Part shown: piece after piece, positions 51,991 to 63,790 of the stretch
Numbering within the stretch: position 1 is the stretch's first letter
How the letters are laid out: every line of letters starts with the position of its first letter
Assembly (NCBI GenBank): GCA_030264375.1
Contig: JASCQW010000119.1
Coordinates: 11,069,896 to 11,133,895, forward strand
Origin: Carcharhinus longimanus
Taxonomy: Eukaryota
DNA length: 64,000 nt
Direction of reading: 5' to 3'
Made by a program: the position numbers and the translations under genes
Notes under the pieces: generated by a model
Databases searched by the model: none
Seen by the model: only the letters and a program-made list of their open reading frames with translations
What the model was told of the DNA's origin: nothing

Positions 51991-52017
51991 AATCTAAGTT
52001 GAGTAGCAAAATTAAAG
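51991..52017 (+). CDS. Microexon 13 (27 nt); ESKLSSKIK
   Basis: ttcctgtttcttttag|AATCTAAGTTGAGTAGCAAAATTAAAG|gtacta. Confidence 0.82.
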
Positions 52018-53639
52018 GTACTAGAGTTGATATATATTGATATCATAAAATGTGTCACTATTTAATGTGTGTGTATAACAATTCTATCCCCGTTACGAAA
52101 CCAGTATCACGTAAAAAAACACACTTTTTGTGCCATAGAAATTCATCTCTCAACGTGCCGAAGATTTGTCCCTGTGTTGCAGGTCGCCACCTGGGTGGAG
52201 AATGGTTCCCCGCCGCCCCTCTCACCTCTTACTTCTGACCATATGTCTACACGTCCTGTCTTTCATGCAATTCAATTAAGTCACCTAGTAGCCTTCTCTA
52301 CACCAAAGGAAGTACAAGCCTCTCAGTGTTCCGCGTCACTGAGGTTTTTCTCATTACAGTGAACAAGCCTGTTAACGTCATCTGCACCATTTTTTGTTTT
52401 TTCGTAGTGTGGTGACCGGGACGGCACAGAGTGCTGCAGCTCCGGGCAAATATCTGATTGACTCATTTCAGCATAACTTTGCAGCCATTCTCTTCTATAT
52501 TTTGTTTAGTTTAATTATATTGGTCGGATATCTTCTCGAGCAATTTGTCTCCCTGTCCAGCGAGCCGCAAGAATCTGTGCAACAACACTTTATGGTTCCG
52601 ATTTTCCTCTCCATTACGGTATCTAAAGCTTTATGGTATACTATACCATATATATGCCATGGTATTCTACCTTTCTTTCTTGTATTCCTTTCTCAACCTC
52701 AACTGAAAACATTGCATACAGGAACTATCACCTGCCGTCGCCTTTATTGTTCGAACCACAACTCAGGAGTAGGAATGAAGTCACGCACCTCCCTGTTAAT
52801 CTGCCATTTCAGCCTTCGTTCTTGAAGATCTTTCAATTAAGTACATATTATTGAATTCTTAGTTTATTTCCCCTTCTCTGTTCCCTCTGTCTTACAAAAA
52901 AGGTATTCCCTTCCTATTGGAAGCCCGCAATCGGAGGTTTAAAGGTAAGTGGTCACATGGCAATTCCCTGGAATGTGAACTTCCGTCTGGAAAAAGAAAC
53001 ATGCCATTTAAATTGTTAATATCGGACGGTTCCGCCAGGGTTGCACCAATAGTTCATCCGAAAAAAGTGACAAGAATCAAAAACTCTACTCGTTTCCGGC
53101 AAAGAATTACAAAATTTCAGCCTCACCCCTGTACGGGACTTCAACCACATCCCCGACAATCCAACCGTTTTCTCCACTATCCACCCCCTTAAGATATCGC
53201 CCCCGCATGCTTGATCCTTTCACAACGTGTCCCATCAAACGTAATTGTGGAAAGCAAAACTCGTCGAGTATCGGGTTACATAGTGACGTGGAGAGGAAGA
53301 TTGGCTAGCTGACACTGCAAGGCATAAATTGGTCATTTTATGGCTGACAGAAAATGTAACGACTGGTATGCCAAATGGATCAATGCTGGGGTCCCAACTA
53401 TTCAACATATGGATGAAGTGACTGAGCTGCTGCAGGTTGACTAAGTAGTAAAAGCTGGACAGTTTACGTTTGTATCTGCTGGAGCTCAGAAGAGCAAGAC
53501 ACAATTTGATCGAAAGAGATGAGGCCTTGCGGGGCAAAGCAGGGTGATGTGGTGAGGATGTTTCTCCTTGTGGAGAATCTAGAAAGAAAGATCACAGATT
53601 TAGAATAAGGAGTTTCCCACTTCAGGCAGAGATTTGGAA

Positions 53640-54490
53640 GATATTGTTTTTGCTGATGACACAAAGGTTGGAGGTGTTGTGGACAGTGTGGAGGGATGTC
53701 AGAAGTTGCAGCGAGACATAGATAGGATGCAAGACTGGGCGGAGAAGTGGCAGATGGACTTCAANNNNNNNNNNNNNNNNNNNNNNNNNNNNNNNNNNNN
53801 NNNNNNNNNNNNNNNNNNNNNNNNNNNNNNNNNNNNNNNNNNNNNNNNNNNNNNNNNNNNNNNNNNNNNNNNNNNNNNNNNNNNNNNNNNNNNNNNNNNN
53901 NNNNNNNNNNNNNNNNNNNNNNNNNNNNNNNNNNNNNNNNNNNNNNNNNNNNNNNNNNNNNNNNNNNNNNNNNNNNNNNNNNNNNNNNNNNNNNNNNNNN
54001 NNNNNNNNNNNNNNNNNNNNNNNTTGAAAGGGTGCAGAGGAGATTTACAAGGATGTTGCCTGGATTGGGTGGCATGTCTTATGAGGATAGGTTGAGAGAG
54101 TTCGGTCTTTTCTCCTTGGAGAGAAGAAGGATGAGAGGTGACCTGATAGAAGTGCATAAGATGTAGAGAGGTATTGATTGGGTGGATTCTCAGAGGCTTT
54201 TTCCCAGGGCTGAAATGGCTTCCACAAGAGGACACTGGTTTAGGGTGCTGGGGAGTAGGTACAGAGGAGACGGCGGGGATAAGTTTTCGCTCAGAGGGTG
54301 CTGGGTGCGTGGAATCGGCTGCCGGTGGTGGTGGTGGAGATGGATTCGATAGAGTCTTTTAAGAGACTTCTGGATGAGTACATGGGACTTAGCAGTATTG
54401 AGGGTTATAGGTAAGCCTAGTAGGTAGGGATATGATCAATGCAACTTGTGGGCCGAAGGAACTGTTTGTGCTGTAGTTTTTCTATGTTCT
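53640..54490 (+). mobile_element. CR1 LINE from RT catalytic motif to 3' tail, with N gap; appears nested in an older CR1
   Basis: FADDTKVGGVVDSVEGCQKLQRDIDRMQDWAEKWQMDF; ERVQRRFTRMLPGLGGMSYEDRL; tail tctatgttctat. Confidence 0.93.
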
Positions 54491-55086
54491 ATTATTTCAG
54501 AAAGACAACGTCCTTGAAGCTTTTCACGGCAGAAATAGATAATGATCAGCAGGGGTGGGATGTTCTTTTGTAATAGGCTGGAATGTGAAGTAGAGGTTAA
54601 AATTGGATCGTATGCAATGGTGGAGTAGATTTAATGTCGCGAGTGGACCAGCACTCTGAATTCGTAAGCTTTAATGCCATATTTAATATGAATGGCATTT
54701 AAATAAGGTTTATATATTGTGTTCAATTCGCCAATGAATTTTACTACTCTGTACAACATGTATGCAATGAAAGATTTTATTTTAGAAATCTCATTTTCTG
54801 CAGGTCTTATGTAATTGTTTGGAAAATCCTGATCAGACTTTTCAACAAATAAACTCAATTAAGATCGGATAACTCTTCAATTAGTTAAAACAATGACATT
54901 AAAGGTGAAATCATCAATCTCTATTAGCATTTGAAATAATTTACCAGCGTCTCCCAATCATACAGCCTGCAAAGTTTATTTTGATTAAAATTACATTTTA
55001 ATTTTTTAAAATGATGTTTTGTCAACAAACCTGACATTGTCCTGTTATGTAATGTCTTATTTAGCTGAAAGAATATGACAGACAGA

Positions 55087-55346
55087 TAAGAACATAAGAA
55101 ATAGGAGCAGGACTAGGCCATCTAGCCCTTCGAGCCTGCCCCGCCATTCAATAAGATCATGGNNNNNNNNNNNNNNNNNNNNNNNNNNNNNNNNNNNNNN
55201 NNNNNNNNNNNNNNNNNNNNNNNNNNNNNNNNNNNNNNNNNNNNNNNNNNNNNNNNNNNNNNGTCAAACACGACTTCCCCTTAACGAATCCGTGCTGCGT
55301 CTGCTCGATCAAACCATTCTTTTCTAGGTGCCTCGCTATATCTTCT
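55087..55346 (-). mobile_element. Young CR1 with 3' tail and RT fragment either side of a 100-N gap
   Basis: Tail ataagaacataagaaatagg; KEDIARHLEKNGLIEQTQHGFVKGKSCL. Confidence 0.88.
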
Positions 55347-55845
55347 TTGAGGACGGGTCTAGCATTCTCAGATACTGTGCAGTGTCTGAGAGCCAGAACC
55401 ACAACAGTTGGCCGTTTTCACCTTAACCACACTGCGTTTTGGAATATCTCTGCAGATGATGGTGAGGAGAAGTCCTCCTTTAATCAAAATTCTTACTGTG
55501 GCGATCACGTTAGGAAGGTTTCCGTTTGATTAGAGGTTAGAATAGCCATCGCCCACCGTCACTGTAAATTGCAGCCTCAAATAGATACAACTCATTACTC
55601 GTTATGTGTACATCATTCAGCATCCTCCACGCACCCGTTTTCTCGGAACCAAAATACAGTTGTGCCGCAATGCTGCGGATAGTCTTCTAAAATGACATAG
55701 CTGGTGCATTTTTTTAAAAGACCTGTGAACATGCTTCTCGCAACAACTCCATTGATTGGCTTATATATCTTCAAACTGAGTTATTAGCTGGATGCCGCAG
55801 ATTAATTAGCGGCATCCAGGATCAACTTCTCTACTTTCTTTCTAG

Positions 55846-55881
55846 AAATCCAAAAAATGAAAGAAGCTTTCTTCGAATTTG
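55846..55881 (+). CDS. Microexon 14 (36 nt); EIQKMKEAFFEF
   Basis: cttctctactttctttctag|AAATCCAAAAAATGAAAGAAGCTTTCTTCGAATTTG|gtaagt. Confidence 0.9.
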
Positions 55882-57836
55882 GTAAGTGAAAAAAAATATG
55901 CTTCACCACTTAGAATTACACTGATTTGCTGATGCGTATATGTAAATGCAATACCAAGTTGCTTCACTCAGATGCGATCGAATCATCTGCTCGTAATCCT
56001 CATCGCCTGAACGCCTCAGGATGTTCCTGGGAATTAATAGATTCCTATCGGCCGTCCAACAAATTTTAAGACTCACCTGTCTCTTACGTTGGAGCTGTTG
56101 GGGATCTTCCATTAATGTCTGCATCGGCTCTTGTAAGTTTATTAATGTTTCTTTTTTTACATCCACAGGCGATTCGGTCCGCCTTGTTGGCCAACAAGGG
56201 GCCTACACGCGGTGGGTGGTGCGAGGGCTGCTCTTGGATGTTGCTTCGAGAGTTGCCTAGTGCTTCACGTCGTTANNNNNNNNNNNNNNNNNNNNNNNNN
56301 NNNNNNNNNNNNNNNNNNNNNNNNNNNNNNNNNNNNNNNNNNNNNNNNNNNNNNNNNNNNNNNNNNNNNNNNNNNNNNNNNNNNNNNNNNNNNNNNNNNN
56401 NNNNNNNNNNNNNNNNNNNNNNNNNNNNNNNNNNNNNNNNNNNNNNNNNNNNNNNNNNNNNNNNNNNNNNNNNNNNNNNNNNNNNNNNNNNNNNNNNNNN
56501 NNNNNNNNNNNNNNNNNNNNNNNNNNNNNNNNNNNNNNNNNNNNNNNNNNNNNNNNNNNNNNNNNNNNNNNNNNNNNNNNNNNNNNNNNNNNNNNNNNNN
56601 NNNNNNNNNNNNNNNNNNNNNNNNNNNNNNNNNNNNNNNNNNNNNNNNNNNNNNNNNNNNNNNNNNNNNNNNNNNNNNNNNNNNNNNNNNNNNNNNNNNN
56701 NNNNNNNNNNNNNNNNNNNNNNNNNNNNNNNNNNNNNNNNNNNNNNNNNNNNNNNNNNNNNNNNNNNNNNNNNNNNNNNNNNNNNNNNNNNNNNNNNNNN
56801 NNNNNNNNNNNNNNNNNNNNNNNNNNNNNNNNNNNNNNNNNNNNNNNNNNNNNNNNNNNNNNNNNNNNNNNNNNNNNNNNNNNNNNNNNNNNNNNNNNNN
56901 NNNNNNNNNNNNNNNNNNNNNNNNNNNNNNNNNNNNNNNNNNNNNNNNNNNNNNNNNNNNNNNNNNNNNNNNNNNNNNNNNNNNNNNNNNNNNNNNNNNN
57001 NNNNNNNNNNNNNNNNNNNNNNNNNNNNNNNNNNNNNNNNNNNNNNNNNNNNNNNNNNNNNNNNNNNNNNNNNNNNNNNNNNNNNNNNNNNNNNNNNNNN
57101 NNNNNNNNNNNNNNNNNNNNNNNNNNNNNNNNNNNNNNNNNNNNNNNNNNNNNNNNNNNNNNNNNNNNNNNNNNNNNNNNNNNNNNNNNNNNNCCCCCCC
57201 TCCCCCCCCCCCACCCTCCGCCCCCTTCCCCCTCCCCAATACCCCCACAATTTCTGGTGTAATCTAATAAACCTTCTCTGATTTTTTTATCATCTATTCA
57301 TATATTTTTATAAAATGAGGAGGCCAGTACTGTACATTGTACCCCGGATGCAGTCTCTGCAATGCCCTGTTTAAGCGACGCATAACCAACTCTACTCTTA
57401 CATCTATTTCCCTTGCAAAGAAAAATAATATTCCTGTTTATCACACCGGCATACCAACATTTTGTAATTCATGCATTTGAATACACAGAAATGCCGCTGC
57501 ATATCATGGTGAACTCTGCACCATATAGATAATATGCAGGGGCAAGTGCTACTGCGTAAACGGTGATATATAAAATATGTTTTTATGAAATGGTTGCTGT
57601 GGGATTCATCCATCCTTTTGAAAGTTTCTGTTACAACTTGATTCCATTTAAGTATTGACGCCGTCGTGGAATCTTCATTTTTCTTGAGCAGGCTGGTGCT
57701 GCTTGCTCATTTTTCCAGACTCAAGCATGGCAAATGATTGGTATTTGCATTAAAAGAAAAGAGTCTTTAACATTCAAATTAATTCCATTGCTAATAGTGT
57801 CTAAATTATGAATGATTCAAACCCACATGCCATCAG

Positions 57837-57863
57837 ACACGAAAGTGGAAAGCAAGGAGAAAG
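57837..57863 (+). CDS. Microexon 15 (27 nt); DTKVESKEK
   Basis: cccacatgccatcag|ACACGAAAGTGGAAAGCAAGGAGAAAG|gtaagg; weak pyrimidine tract, strong donor. Confidence 0.8.
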
Positions 57864-58174
57864 GTAAGGTTGCATTTGTTGAGAACTGGGTCGCTGCTCT
57901 GCCTTTTGTTATTTTTTTCCAATAGATGTGAATAGTATTCACATTTTAACTTGCTGCAAAACCACATAAAGTCGTTTCACAAAACAAGGTACAGCGTATT
58001 TGGAGGTTCTCTGATATCAGTTCCAGTCATTGTGGCACATGCCAGACAGCTAAGATGGTGCCTAACCATCTATAAAGCTACCAGAGGCATGTGTAGCTGA
58101 CAAATAAGTTGTGTGTGCCTGCCATTCTACATAACTATCAATTAGATAACTACATAGATGCAGCAGGCAGAAAG

Positions 58175-58300
58175 ACTACCTGTCTACCTGTCTGTCTATT
58201 TGCTTATCCAATTATCTATCTATCTATCTATCTGTTTGTCTACCTAGTTGCCACCTAGTAGTCTATCTATTTATCTGGTTGATAATTTACTGACTGTCTG
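58175..58300. repeat. Degenerate (CTAT)n/(CTGT)n microsatellite
   Basis: tatctatctatctatctatctgtttgtctacc. Confidence 0.85.
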
Positions 58301-60223
58301 TCTAATTCTTCTTTTGAATAGAACTGTATAAGTGGGTCATTTATTCAAAAATATTTAATTGATGCCCGGGAGTATTAAAATAGAGTGTGCGCTGACAATT
58401 TTGGCGCACCTATTCGAGACATATACATTTTTTTTTCATTTCTCTTGAAGACAAACATGCGGCAGACTCAAACACCGTACTTTGAAGAGTCTCAGTCTAT
58501 CAGAATATAAGTTAGAACTGGGGAGAAATAGGCAGCATTAACTCTCCCAACAGCAATTCTGGTTGGTAAAGCACCTGGACTGTTAATCTGGAACCATTAA
58601 CTAATCAACGTGAGAAATGAATGCAAATTCCACTATGGATATGGGAAAGTTAAATTCAGCCAGTACGGCAAACATGAAATCGGTACTTAGCTGATTTGAT
58701 TTTTGCAATGAAACTACCAGATATTGCAAATGGAAAGGAAAAGGTCTGAATTATTGATATCTTTTAGTTAAGCGGGATATGGATATAAACTGGAGGAAGG
58801 GTGGAGATTCAGTGCAGAATGATACCAATATGCTGCAGCAGATGCGGTTATTGTTACTGCCCATGCTAGAAAAGGCCTAAAATTGGGAAGGGATTAGAAT
58901 CATAGTTTTCAACCATCTGCATTAGTGACTTGCAGGCAATAAATTGCGAGTGCCAATTTTACCCTCCCAGCAATGCTCTCAAGATTCTACTTCAATGATG
59001 GCTTACAACAGTCCTCAAAAATACATCTAACTTTATGTTTGTTTTGATCCATTCATCCATGACCGCTGTGCCGTTGACGTGGACCTGTTGCTGCTCAAAC
59101 ATTCTATCAATGTTAAAACAACAAACATATATGTTTCATTCATTCCATGATCTCTTTGTTCGTTGTTCGTGCAATGCCCATAACGGGCTAACATCTTCTC
59201 ATGAGCAATCCGAAGTTAATAGATAATTCTCACCATAACACTGTACCACTGTGTTGCCCTCCTAAGACGATACCTAAGTCACATGTAACCAAGCATTCGA
59301 ACATCTGCCCTAAGATTTGCTTTGGTTCTTTGTCTCCGGTTTGCATCTCAAAGACATATTTGAGAAGGCTTGGGACTTTCGATAATGTTAAAGGTGTTCT
59401 CTAAGCAAACACTGTTGTTGATTGTGTTGATATTAGCTGAAAACTGAGTATGAGTCCCTTACGTGGTTTCTGAGCAGTGACACAGTGTTACAATAGATTG
59501 AAGATTATTTTCCAATTATTCACGAATACCTTCATGAATTCCATCAGGGCGATGTTTAATGCTGCAATGAAAGCGAATAATAATTGCCACCAGTCATACA
59601 AATTTGATTGCTTCTAACTTGAATACGGAAAGTCGGGACAAAAATATGCTTATTTCTACCATATAAGGAAGAAATGTTTGCCGTGAGCACTAGGAAGTAG
59701 GAACTGCTGCTAATAGATCGGCTAGAGAAAGGAACTCTCTCAAAACTGTGTGCAATACTCTTTGTATGTTAAAATGTACAAACAAGTTAATACAAAATTT
59801 GGGTTCGTTAACGTGGACGGGGCATTTTGGTCAGGAATACCAGTGGAAACCAAATGTATTCAGTAAATCATTAGCAAATGACCTGCGAGTCTCACCGCTA
59901 ACATCCCTTTTGTCCTCCCCACCCCCATCATCCCTCCCAGTCCACATACACGCACATAGGCGTGCACACACAGAAAACTGTTGCAATTGTCGTTGTGTTG
60001 CTAACCTTTGGACCGGTTTAATAATCTTTAACTCACATTTCACGAAACCGAATCATGCAAAAGAAAATGGTGAAATGGCGAGCATGCTGCTGATCCAAGA
60101 AGATAAACGGCATATTCGGCATTTCCCACCTCATGCTGTTTTGCTACTTTGACTGAAAAATAGTCCGATTTCTCCACGTTAACAACATAACCCATCTTGT
60201 TTCTTATCACCTTCTCACTCAAG

Positions 60224-60259
60224 AAGTGGGAAAGATTCGATATCAGCTCGTGGATTGCG
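60224..60259 (+). CDS. Microexon 16 (36 nt); EVGKIRYQLVDC
   Basis: tttcttatcaccttctcactcaag|AAGTGGGAAAGATTCGATATCAGCTCGTGGATTGCG|gtaagt; located by searching for the 36-nt exon expected between exons 15 and 17. Confidence 0.85.
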
Positions 60260-60994
60260 GTAAGTACAAAGTATTGAATTAGCTTTTCTTGATAACACCG
60301 CTACGCAGTTCACTATTCTCCATGTTGGAAGACACGCATGCAGGAGAAGGTTATTGCCAGATAAATGTCTCCTGCAGATCCCTTGGCAATTTTGCTACTT
60401 TTTCTTTTACGGGATGGTCACAATATGAGATAAAGGCGATGTCCACAGTGCCACATTTTCAAATCCCCCCAGCTGCCATGACGAGATACCCAGTTTGGTC
60501 ATTAGATCGGTTGTCTCACTTTCTGTGTTATTTTTCCGTGGTACTGTTGGATGGGCGGTTGCTGGCCGATGTGTCGATTCATGAACCACCAAACTATATT
60601 GAATCTCATCATGGCCAAGTCGGGTTTCTGAAATAGCTATCCAATCAAGTCCCCATTCCTCCCTTCCTTCCGGACATCCTGGATTTTTTTGCCCCCTTCT
60701 AATAATGAGCTACCTTTTGAAATCACATTTCAACTTGCATCCAGCAATAGTTCAGGCAGCGTATTGAAGTTCATAGGAACTTAGAAAGCCCGTCTTATTA
60801 CCATTGTTATTCCGCCCCAGTTATCATGTAGCTTTGTTTCCTGGTTACTTACCGTTCTATTGGTGGATCGCTTTGAGTCTACTTACCCTATATTACACCG
60901 ACATCCCTTCCAATTCAAATACTACATATTTACTTCCTTTGTTCGTTGGAGAACGATCTCAGCTTTTATCGTGTCACTCAATATCTCAACTTCC

Positions 60995-61520
60995 ATAGAA
61001 TCCATAGAGTGCAGACGGAAGCGACTCGGCCCATCGATCCTGTCCCGACTGTCCGAAAAAGCCTCCTACCCATGTCCACAGTCCTGTTGTATCCCATAAG
61101 GCTGTGCATTTGCCATGCCTAATCCACCTAACCGACACATCGCTACGCACTAAGGGACAACTGAGCATGACATGTCCGGCTCACCTGCATGTCATCGGAC
61201 ACTAATGGACAATATAGCATGGTCAATCCATATTATCGGCACATACTTGAACAATAAGGGGTAATTTAGTATGGCCAATTCACCTAACCTGCATATCGTT
61301 GGACACTAATGGACAATACTGCATGGTCAATCCACTTAATCTGCTCATCACTGGACACTAAGAGATAAATTAGCATGGCCAATTCATCTAAGCCGTATAT
61401 CGGTGGATTGCAGGGGACAATGGCGCACCGAAAGGAAGACGGCAGACACAGGCAGAACGTGGAAAAGCCGCACAGAGTTATCCGAGGCCCGAATCGAACC
61501 CAGGGCCCTGACACTGTGAT
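60995..61520 (-). mobile_element. HE1-like SINE with several tandem copies of a ~55-60 bp internal unit
   Basis: Repeated acacta(a)tggacaat...gcatggtcaatcca units between the tail (catagaatccatagag) and the V-domain. Confidence 0.8.
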
Positions 61521-62195
61521 CAAACTGTTAACAATTCCTCACGCCTGATATATCTCTGTTTAGTCACTGATTATTTTGCTACAAAGTGTGTCATATGCAA
61601 GATGCAGATAAGCAACTGCAACAGATTCAATGGGAGACAAATTTCAGCCGCAAAGTCTGCATTCCAGGCTGACAAGAGCAGAAATCACTTTGGGAAACCG
61701 TGATTGATAATTTCTTTCAAACCCCAAACAATCCTGATTTGTGACTATAACCACTCTGTCTTCAAAGTCGCTCGATTAATGATTGAAATTTCACTTCAAA
61801 GGGCACTATGAAGGCACCAATACCAAAACTCTGCAGCTGCTCATGAAGGTGACTTGACAAACGACAGCTGTGGATAACCTCATAATGTCTGCCTTGTCAG
61901 CTTACATCAATGAGACCTTTCCAAGCGTGTTTTGTTTCCTTTGAGGCAGCAGTAAGTGCGAATTGAGTAATTGATAAAGTAATAGATTTCTTTCTGAAGT
62001 TGGAACATGGTTAATGTATATACCAAATAAAAACATTTGCATCTTGGACCCACACATTGTTTAGAATTAATATAATCGGACATCTCATATTGAATAAAAG
62101 AACTAGGTGAGAATTTTTGGGGTAAAATAAATCTCATTTAAATTAATTGCAACTTTATCACGAATTGTTTGCTTTCTAATTAATGTTGTAATCAG

Positions 62196-62222
62196 AACAA
62201 CGCCTGAACAACAAAGGAAAAG
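62196..62222 (+). CDS. Microexon 17 (27 nt); EQRLNNKGK
   Basis: taatgttgtaatcag|AACAACGCCTGAACAACAAAGGAAAAG|gtaaag. Confidence 0.82.
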
Positions 62223-63532
62223 GTAAAGGAACGAATAACGATCAACATCCTTGACTATCTCATATAAGCAGAAGGTTCTCTCCATGTTTTGCGATTATAA
62301 TGTGACGTTTGTCCAGAAAATGGTTCTTTTCCTGTTCTCTCTCTCTCTCTCTCTCTCAGTCTGTGTGTGTGTGTGCGTTCAGAATATTTCTTTCCTGACG
62401 AGTAAGAAAGTCAGGTACACAAATTATATTCCTGAGTTTCGGGCAGATTGTCTGTCGAGTCTCTGTGAGTCTCTTTACAGTGATTAACTTTCAGCTCACC
62501 CATGCCTCCTAAATGCTGACTTTTGCCATCTATGTGGGACTCAAGCTTGTGACACTGCAGCATTGCTCAAGATTGGTGACCTTTTCCACTAGACAACAGA
62601 GGGAATCTGAGAATATTTCAGCTCATCCATGCTTCCCAATAGAATTTTTTTTAACCATCTACTGCAGTGGGATTAGAGCCAGCGACCCAGGAGCAGTGCT
62701 CTATGATTGCGACTTTTCCTATTCAGTGATCTAACGGGCAAAGGATGTATTAAAATTAGGGGATGTGGTTTCAATTTGCAGTGGGGACGAGAAATGGTCT
62801 CATGCACATATTAAGTCTCAGAGGCAGCAACTAAGAACACAGCCCAACTGCCCCTTACTCATGATCTCCTCCTGGGACGGCGCGATTCTCAAATTGGCAG
62901 CGGGCTTTTCTTTATGTCCGGAGGACCTACCTGGCCTGAACTGCCCGATTATCATTAAAGAGCAGAATAAATTCAGGTGATTCTATTGTTATATACTGGG
63001 TGTTTTTATTTTGTGATGTGATTATACAGAATGCTATGAATCAAATAAGAAGACAGCAATATTCCTGAGCAAGATGAAGCTGGACGGTCACACAACATGG
63101 ACGTCGGCACCAGAAACGACAGCGAATACTCCAGCCCCATCGTGCAATTTCATTCTTACCAACATCTGGGGGCTAGTGCCAAAGTTTGCAGAGCTATTCA
63201 GAGACGAGTAAAGCAACAGCCCAAAATAGTTGCCTCCTTAGGCAGTACGACCTCTAAAATCTGTAAGTACAAGGACAGCTGATCAACTGATGGAATAGCA
63301 CCACATGGAGGCTGGCCTCCATCACTCATTATCCCAGCATGGAGATGTATCACCATTCTTTAACAATGGCTGGGAAAAATCCTGGCATTCCTTGCCTGAC
63401 AACACTCAGGGTGGAGCTACAGATCGAGATGTTAGCTCACCACTCCATTGTAACGGCAGCTAGAGTTAGCCAATCAGTGGTGGCGAAGTCAATGACGCTC
63501 AAATCTCGTTAACCAATAAAAAAAGAGACGGT

Positions 63533-63790
63533 GAACATAAGAACATAAGAAATAGGAGCAGGAGTAGGCCATCTAGCCCTTCGAGCCTGCCCTGCCATTC
63601 AATAAGNNNNNNNNNNNNNNNNNNNNNNNNNNNNNNNNNNNNNNNNNNNNNNNNNNNNNNNNNNNNNNNNNNNNNNNNNNNNNNNNNNNNNNNNNNNNNN
63701 NNNNNNAGCACCCATTGATATCAACTCTCTGCCTCCTATTAGACAACCAATCCTCTATCCATGCTAACACCCTACCCCCCACTCCATGCC
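63533..63790 (-). mobile_element. Young CR1 with 3' tail and RT fragment either side of a 100-N gap
   Basis: Tail gaacataagaacataagaaataggagc; GGRVLAWIEDWLSNRRQRVDINGC. Confidence 0.9.

Noticed and set aside
56115-57281. Long ORFs of 325-388 aa (also 39358-39876 and 53634-54235 in part)
   Set aside because: Artefacts of translating through N gaps.
5205-62195. SRRM3/4-type UGC motifs upstream of microexons
   Set aside because: UGC is near some acceptors (exons 3, 10, 11, 15) but absent from others (5, 13); a trinucleotide this common gives no support without statistics.
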